Below are positions 22,295-26,881 of a stretch of 26,881 nt of DNA, one piece after another; position 1 is the first letter of the stretch; each line of letters starts with the position of its first letter. Both the position numbers and the translations under genes were made by a program. The notes below the pieces were generated by a model, which saw nothing but the letters and a program-made list of their open reading frames with translations, did no database searches and was not told the origin of the DNA. The DNA is taken from positions 1-26,881 of the IMG/VR virus record IMGVR_UViG_3300025528_000033; one strand, given 5' to 3'. The DNA comes from a virus (lineage: Duplodnaviria > Caudoviricetes).

Positions 22295-23704
22295 TTAGCC
22301 CAGCACAATGGCCATCGCGGCTGCGATGTTTCGCGTCTCCGCCTCTGTAAGTATTTTCTGTCCGTTCCGCTGAACCTCAGCCGCGCGGATGTCAAGGACT
22401 GCTGACCCCTGGGCGGCCGTCCCGCCGGACACGATGATCCGCGCGCCGTAGTTGGTGGTCCCGGCTGCGGAGTAGAAGTCGATGAACGGGGTCCCGGCAC
22501 TGACCCGGCCGGGCGCGCCGATGTTGATCGCCCCGTTGCCAGTGATCTCGTCGAAGGCGACCCGCCCGTCGAACCCGAGCCCGACTATCATCGCGCCGTT
22601 CGCGCGGCTGATACTGAGGGCAGTCCCGATGGAGACCCCGGAGTCGTTGAAGCGCCTGATGACGAAGTCCGAGCCCGCGTTCGAACCAGTCTCCGCCCCT
22701 GGGTTGGCTGAGATGCTCCACCGAGCGTTGGCCCCTGTCCTGAATACGAGCGGCCTGTCGTTGCCAACATTCCCCACGACTTCGAGCGCGGAGAACGATC
22801 CAGTTCCGCTGACCTGCAACTTGTCCCGGCCGTTGTCGGATGACGTCCCGATGAGCACCCGCTGTGCGCTGTTGATGCGCATCACCTCGACGAACGTATT
22901 GGAATTGTTCGCCTTTGTGCTGAAGGCAATGCGGCCGCCGCGGTTGTTACTGGTGTCCCCCTCAAGCTCGCCGACGATCGCGGCAACACGCTTCTCAGTG
23001 GCCGTCGAGTTCTTGTCGGCCCACTGGATGATGCCTACGGTGTTCCCGTTAGCGTCCGCCTGGTCCGTGGAGAACTCGATTCCACCGCCCGCTGAGGGCC
23101 CCCTGATGGCCACGTAGAGACGGCCAGCAATTCCGGCGACGAGGGAGGTGAGCCCGACCAGCAGGCTGCCGGTCATCGTGTCCCCGGACTTCGCGACCTT
23201 CTTGGTGTCGAGCTCCTGGATCGCGGACTGGACGTTGCCGGCCTGGACTCCCCCGGATGGGGTGAAGCTCACCCCTGTCGCAGCAATGATGGGGATCTGT
23301 GCGACGGGCACCTTCCCGCCGCCGTCGAGGGACGCATACCCGTTGGCCTGCCCCTTTTGCGAGAGAGGCTGGCGCGACGCAATGTCCGCGAGCAGGTCAT
23401 CGAAGTCCTCCTTGAGGACCGAGACGAAGACCTTGGCGTTGATGGTGGCGTTGATCGGCACGCCGGCGCCGGCCGTGCTCAGGATCGGGGTCCGGTTGAT
23501 GAGCTCCGTGGAGGCAGCGACGTACTGGGCACGCCCGACTTCTCGGTTGACGCCGTCCTCGATCGAGTAGGAGACGATCTGGCCGTCGGACACCCCGGCC
23601 GTGTCGAAGTCCACGTACCCGGTGACGGCGGTGTCCAGGCTGATCGAAGTGCCAGTGCCCGGGGCCACGGCCACGGACATCTGAGCGATGTTTGCGAGCG
23701 CCAT
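22295..23704 (-). CDS. Tail fibre-like structural protein
   Basis: N-terminal GTGT.ISL..AV.GY..F..AGV.DG..V.Y.IEDG..REVG anchor-like domain; KGQANGYASLDGGGKVP; VQ.AIQELD.KKV.K.GDTMTG; beta-rich body; C-terminal AAAMAIVLG. Confidence 0.8.
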   Translation of the reverse strand: MALANIAQMSVAVAPGTGTSISLDTAVTGYVDFDTAGVSDGQIVSYSIEDGVNREVGRAQYVAASTELINRTPILSTAGAGVPINATINAKVFVSVLKEDFDDLLADIASRQPLSQKGQANGYASLDGGGKVPVAQIPIIAATGVSFTPSGGVQAGNVQSAIQELDTKKVAKSGDTMTGSLLVGLTSLVAGIAGRLYVAIRGPSAGGGIEFSTDQADANGNTVGIIQWADKNSTATEKRVAAIVGELEGDTSNNRGGRIAFSTKANNSNTFVEVMRINSAQRVLIGTSSDNGRDKLQVSGTGSFSALEVVGNVGNDRPLVFRTGANARWSISANPGAETGSNAGSDFVIRRFNDSGVSIGTALSISRANGAMIVGLGFDGRVAFDEITGNGAINIGAPGRVSAGTPFIDFYSAAGTTNYGARIIVSGGTAAQGSAVLDIRAAEVQRNGQKILTEAETRNIAAAMAIVLG

Positions 23705-23728
23705 TTAGTTTCGAGACCCTTTCCAGGG

Positions 23729-23736
23729 TATCTATG
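23729..23736 (-). promoter_or_regulatory. Late-promoter-like motif CATAGATA
   Basis: 25 nt upstream of the first fibre gene, at the early-to-late gene boundary. Confidence 0.6.
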
Positions 23737-23765
23737 ACGCTCGCGGGGTATGGGTATGAGTAGTC

Positions 23766-24068
23766 CTAGTTGAGGTTCGTGATCGTCGGCGCCGAGTCGT
23801 CAGGCGCCGGGTGCACGCCCGTGAGGGCGGCCATCGCCGCGTCAAAGTTGCTAGTGAAGCAGGCCTTTAAGCCCTGGGTATATTCGCCCATGCCGATGCT
23901 CTCGGCGAGCGACGCGACATAACGGGCGAAGAAGATGATGAGCTCGTCGAGCCCGATGGAGGGATTCCTGTCGATCAGGGCGCCCATCGTCTGGTCAAGA
24001 TCGACCGAGAACTTCCTGTGCTCCTCGGTCATCTCGACCATCCTCAGGTTCTGGTTAGCCATAGCCAT
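23766..24068 (-). CDS. Hypothetical protein (100 aa)
   Basis: ATG with AGAGG RBS, fills the gap after rIIB; no family recognised. Confidence 0.65.
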   Translation of the reverse strand: MAMANQNLRMVEMTEEHRKFSVDLDQTMGALIDRNPSIGLDELIIFFARYVASLAESIGMGEYTQGLKACFTSNFDAAMAALTGVHPAPDDSAPTITNLN

Positions 24069-24122
24069 GTGATGCCTCTAGTGCTGAAGTGATGGGCAGC
24101 TGGGCGCCCGTGTCCCCTGGGC

Positions 24123-25280
24123 TCAGCGAGCCCAGGTATAGGTAACGGCAAGACGCTCGTTGTCCTCGTCGCTACGGTTCAGGTGCTCGCCACGAAAGAG
24201 CTTGGTAACCACGCCCCAGGTGGCCAGCTTCTTAAGGTCGGAGCAGACGCGCTTGGTGCCGCGCCACCGCTCGTTCTCGTCGCCATCGGGGTCGTTCAGC
24301 TTGAACAGCTCATCGTCGATCTCGGACGGGCTGAGCGACTTCTCACTCTCGTAGAGGAGATTCGCGATGGCGGAGAGGCGTTTGACCACAGCGTCGCTGT
24401 AGTTCCAGTTGCACAGCGCAGCGTCGAGCTCCGCGGGAGTCTTGAAGACCCTGGGAGACGAGGTGACCACCAGGGGCGGGTCAACCTCGTACTGAGGCAG
24501 GTCAAGGTGCAGACCGTCCACGTCGTGCGGCTCGGCCTTTACGACCGGGTCATCCCAACCGGCGCTCGCGCGGTCTCTGGATATCTCGTCGACGACCAGG
24601 TACTGGAAGGTGCGACCCTTCGAGCAGCTGTAGTCGCGCGGGATGGCGATCACGTCAGCCGGGTTGATCTTCACCACGACGATACGGTAGTCCTGGTAGC
24701 TGGCGTAGTGGTCGAGGTACCCGAAGCTGCAGAAGTGCAGACCCGTTGAGCACTCGTGGCACCGGTCTGGATCGACATCCTCGCGCGGCATGGACACCCA
24801 CTCGCCGGGCTTGTTCAGCATCCGGCCGCTGTAAATGTCGTAGTAATCCGGGCGGACCTTCTTGTAAGCGAGGAAGCAGCCGTCTTCGGTGATCGGCAAA
24901 CCGCCGCTGTGCTCGAGGAACTCGAAGAGCTCGTCGTGCTTGAGGAGCGGGTTCTGCAGGCAGTTCTCGAGGAACAGCCGCATCGGCTCGAAGTCGTGGT
25001 TGGCGAGCTTGAGCTCGAGAATGCGGTCGACGAGCGAGCCGCGCAGCTCCATGGTGCCGTAGAAGACCTTGTTGCCGGAGACCGTGACCACATCGCCGGC
25101 GATCATCGTGGCTCCGCGTTTGCGGTTCCCCACGATCTGCGCCTTGTCGTACTCCATGCGGTGGAGGAGGTCCACGAACTCACGGAAGTTGGGGTTGGAG
25201 TCGTCGACCGTGAGGGGTCCCTCCTGGAAGAACGCCGTAGCCGACTTCGCGCTGATGACTACCGGGATGCGCTTGGTCAT
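24123..25280 (-). CDS. rIIB: rIIB-like protein
   Basis: FLENCLQNP....ELFEFL....LPITEDGCFLAYKKVR.DY.D.YSG...N.PG..VSMPR..VD.DR...CSTGLHFCS..YL..Y...RIVVVKINPADV..IP.DY...KGR...Y.VV. Confidence 0.93.
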   Translation of the reverse strand: MTKRIPVVISAKSATAFFQEGPLTVDDSNPNFREFVDLLHRMEYDKAQIVGNRKRGATMIAGDVVTVSGNKVFYGTMELRGSLVDRILELKLANHDFEPMRLFLENCLQNPLLKHDELFEFLEHSGGLPITEDGCFLAYKKVRPDYYDIYSGRMLNKPGEWVSMPREDVDPDRCHECSTGLHFCSFGYLDHYASYQDYRIVVVKINPADVIAIPRDYSCSKGRTFQYLVVDEISRDRASAGWDDPVVKAEPHDVDGLHLDLPQYEVDPPLVVTSSPRVFKTPAELDAALCNWNYSDAVVKRLSAIANLLYESEKSLSPSEIDDELFKLNDPDGDENERWRGTKRVCSDLKKLATWGVVTKLFRGEHLNRSDEDNERLAVTYTWAR

Positions 25281-25310
25281 GAGAGACCTCCGTTCAGTTG
25301 AAGATGGTCA

Positions 25311-25340
25311 ATTATAATACGGAACGCGTACGGTGTAAAC
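25311..25340 (-). promoter_or_regulatory. Strong sigma70/T4-early-type promoter upstream of rIIB
   Basis: Minus strand reads G-TTTACA-N17-TATAAT (GTTTACACCGTACGCGTTCCGTATTATAAT), followed by GGAGG RBS before the rIIB ATG. Confidence 0.85.
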
Positions 25341-25342
25341 TC

Positions 25343-26881
25343 TCAGTTCGCTGACTGCACCTTGCTGCGCAGTTCGAGGAGCTCCCTGAGGACCGCGTGA
25401 GCCTCCGGGTTGTACCGGCTCATGCGGAGCAACCAGTCGACGTTGTCGTCCTGGCGGAGCCGTTCGATGATGTCCTCAGCCTCGGCGATGAGGTGCGAGT
25501 ACGTCGTGGGAAACCCGACAGTCGTCTGGCAGAAGAAAGCGAACTCCCTCGCGTCGACGTCGGCTGGGAGAACTGACGCGCCGTCAAGCTCTTCGATGAT
25601 CTCCCTGGCCCGCTTGTCGAACGTGAAGATCTCCAGCTGCTTCACCGCCGACGCATTCCGGGCGACCTGCGCGGACCGGACCGCGGCGATCTTGTCGGTG
25701 GAGAACTCGGACTCGATCTTCGCGACGTGCTCATCGACGAGCTCGATCACATCGCCGCGATCCCGCCACTTCTTGAGCTGCCACTCGCGGAGTCCGATGA
25801 TGATGGCATCTTGATTGACAAAGTGCTTGCAGTAAGCGGACATCTTCTCGACACCGATCAGCGGAGTGCCGCGCTTCACGAGGCAGTACAACACCTTCCT
25901 CGAGGGCTTGAACAACTTCTCCACCTTGCTGACCTTCTCGAGGCTCATCGGAGACTTCGCCGACCGCCGCCCGGTAAACGAGTAGTCGAACGCGAAGTAG
26001 ACCTTTTCCTCCGGGTCGCTTGCAACCCTGCCCTTCCACTCCGTGGACGGTGAGCCGAGTTGGTCAATGCGGACGAGATTATTAACCGCACCACCGAGGT
26101 ACTCGCGAACGTCGCGGGGGTTCGCGACGTACACGGCGGTGCTGAACGTGCCGCTGGCAACGTGATCGCGAACGAACTTGATCTCCTTCTTGCGGAGCTT
26201 ATGGTTGCCGCTCCCGACGACGTACTTCACGCGGTGATACTTGGCAATGCGCTTGGTGTTCGTTGTGAGGACGTCGCCACCGTTGGTGATGAGCACGAGG
26301 TCGGCACCGTGAGGGTTGATGAACCCCCGGGAGAACGTGAGGGAGCGCCCAGCGAATCGCTCTGGGACGTAGCCGTTGTACTGGCTGGTCACCCAATCTC
26401 CGCGGTACTTGTAGATGCTCTTGAAGGGGCTGAGATCGCCGTTGGTCGCGCCGTAGTAGCTGGTGAGCTGCTCCAGCGCCTCCTGGAATGCTCCGGGGCT
26501 CGTGATCGAACGGAGGATGTCACCGACGTACTCGTCGATGCTCGCGACCATATCCTGGAGAGCTTTGTTGATGAAGTCGGTCGTCGGCTTGTCGTAGTTC
26601 ATCTCCTCGCGCGACGTCGAGAAGCTGACTGCACCCATCGGGGCCCAGATGACGAACGGCACCAAGCGCAGCCCCGTGATCGGCTCGATCACGTTGTCGA
26701 AGTCGATCGGGTACTGGACGTTGCCCATAATCACGGACGGCTTCACGTACTCCGAGTCGGAGGTGAAGATCGTGAAACCGTCACCTTCGAAGAGTGCCTT
26801 CGGCCGCCGGACGGGTAAGTCGTGAGACCCCTCGGGGAACCACTGGAGGATGCTCTCCGCCTTCTCCTGGAACTTGTCGAT
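25343..26881 (-). CDS. rIIA: rIIA-like protein (3' part; start lies beyond the window)
   Basis: The frame stays open to the window edge (IDKFQEKAESILQWF...). VIMGNVQYPI and G.V....SREE..YD..T motifs; directly upstream of rIIB. Confidence 0.85.
   Translation of the reverse strand: MDKFQEKAESILQWFPEGSHDLPVRRPKALFEGDGFTIFTSDSEYVKPSVIMGNVQYPIDFDNVIEPITGLRLVPFVIWAPMGAVSFSTSREEMNYDKPTTDFINKALQDMVASIDEYVGDILRSITSPGAFQEALEQLTSYYGATNGDLSPFKSIYKYRGDWVTSQYNGYVPERFAGRSLTFSRGFINPHGADLVLITNGGDVLTTNTKRIAKYHRVKYVVGSGNHKLRKKEIKFVRDHVASGTFSTAVYVANPRDVREYLGGAVNNLVRIDQLGSPSTEWKGRVASDPEEKVYFAFDYSFTGRRSAKSPMSLEKVSKVEKLFKPSRKVLYCLVKRGTPLIGVEKMSAYCKHFVNQDAIIIGLREWQLKKWRDRGDVIELVDEHVAKIESEFSTDKIAAVRSAQVARNASAVKQLEIFTFDKRAREIIEELDGASVLPADVDAREFAFFCQTTVGFPTTYSHLIAEAEDIIERLRQDDNVDWLLRMSRYNPEAHAVLRELLELRSKVQSAN

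Noticed and set aside
1-26881. tRNA, rRNA genes and intrinsic terminators
   Set aside because: No cloverleaf or rRNA-like sequence and no convincing hairpin plus U-tract were seen in the few intergenic gaps.

Overview
A high-GC (roughly 60-65% by eye) segment of a T4-superfamily myovirus genome, almost entirely coded on the minus strand. In transcription order it holds: rIIA (partial), rIIB, a small hypothetical gene, a tail-fibre cassette (two fibre-like proteins, two small adaptor-like proteins, a chaperone and a probable chaperone remnant, a membrane protein and a tiny lipoprotein), gp5, gp25, gp6, gp7, gp8, a 1694-aa VrlC/DUF4815-like protein, a small conserved protein, an S74-chaperone fibre, a holin-like gene, an Ig-like protein, neck gp13 and neck gp14 (partial). 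Four things stand out. (1) gp5 is split into two genes, each with a different putative peptidoglycan hydrolase: OB-fold + TIGR02594/NlpC-type peptidase, and helical domain + lysozyme-like domain + beta-helix needle. (2) A lone antisense, apparently leaderless, early-promoter-driven 61-aa ORF sits in the gp5 split. (3) A 257-bp non-coding gap between gp5C and gp25 holds five alternately oriented ATCCGTATG repeats and a perfect 23-bp inverted repeat around an A-rich core, which looks like an origin. (4) A recurrent AGATA-type motif lies mostly 18-29 nt upstream of late genes and looks like a variant of the T4 TATAAATA late promoter. All family calls come from motif recognition by eye; no searches were run.
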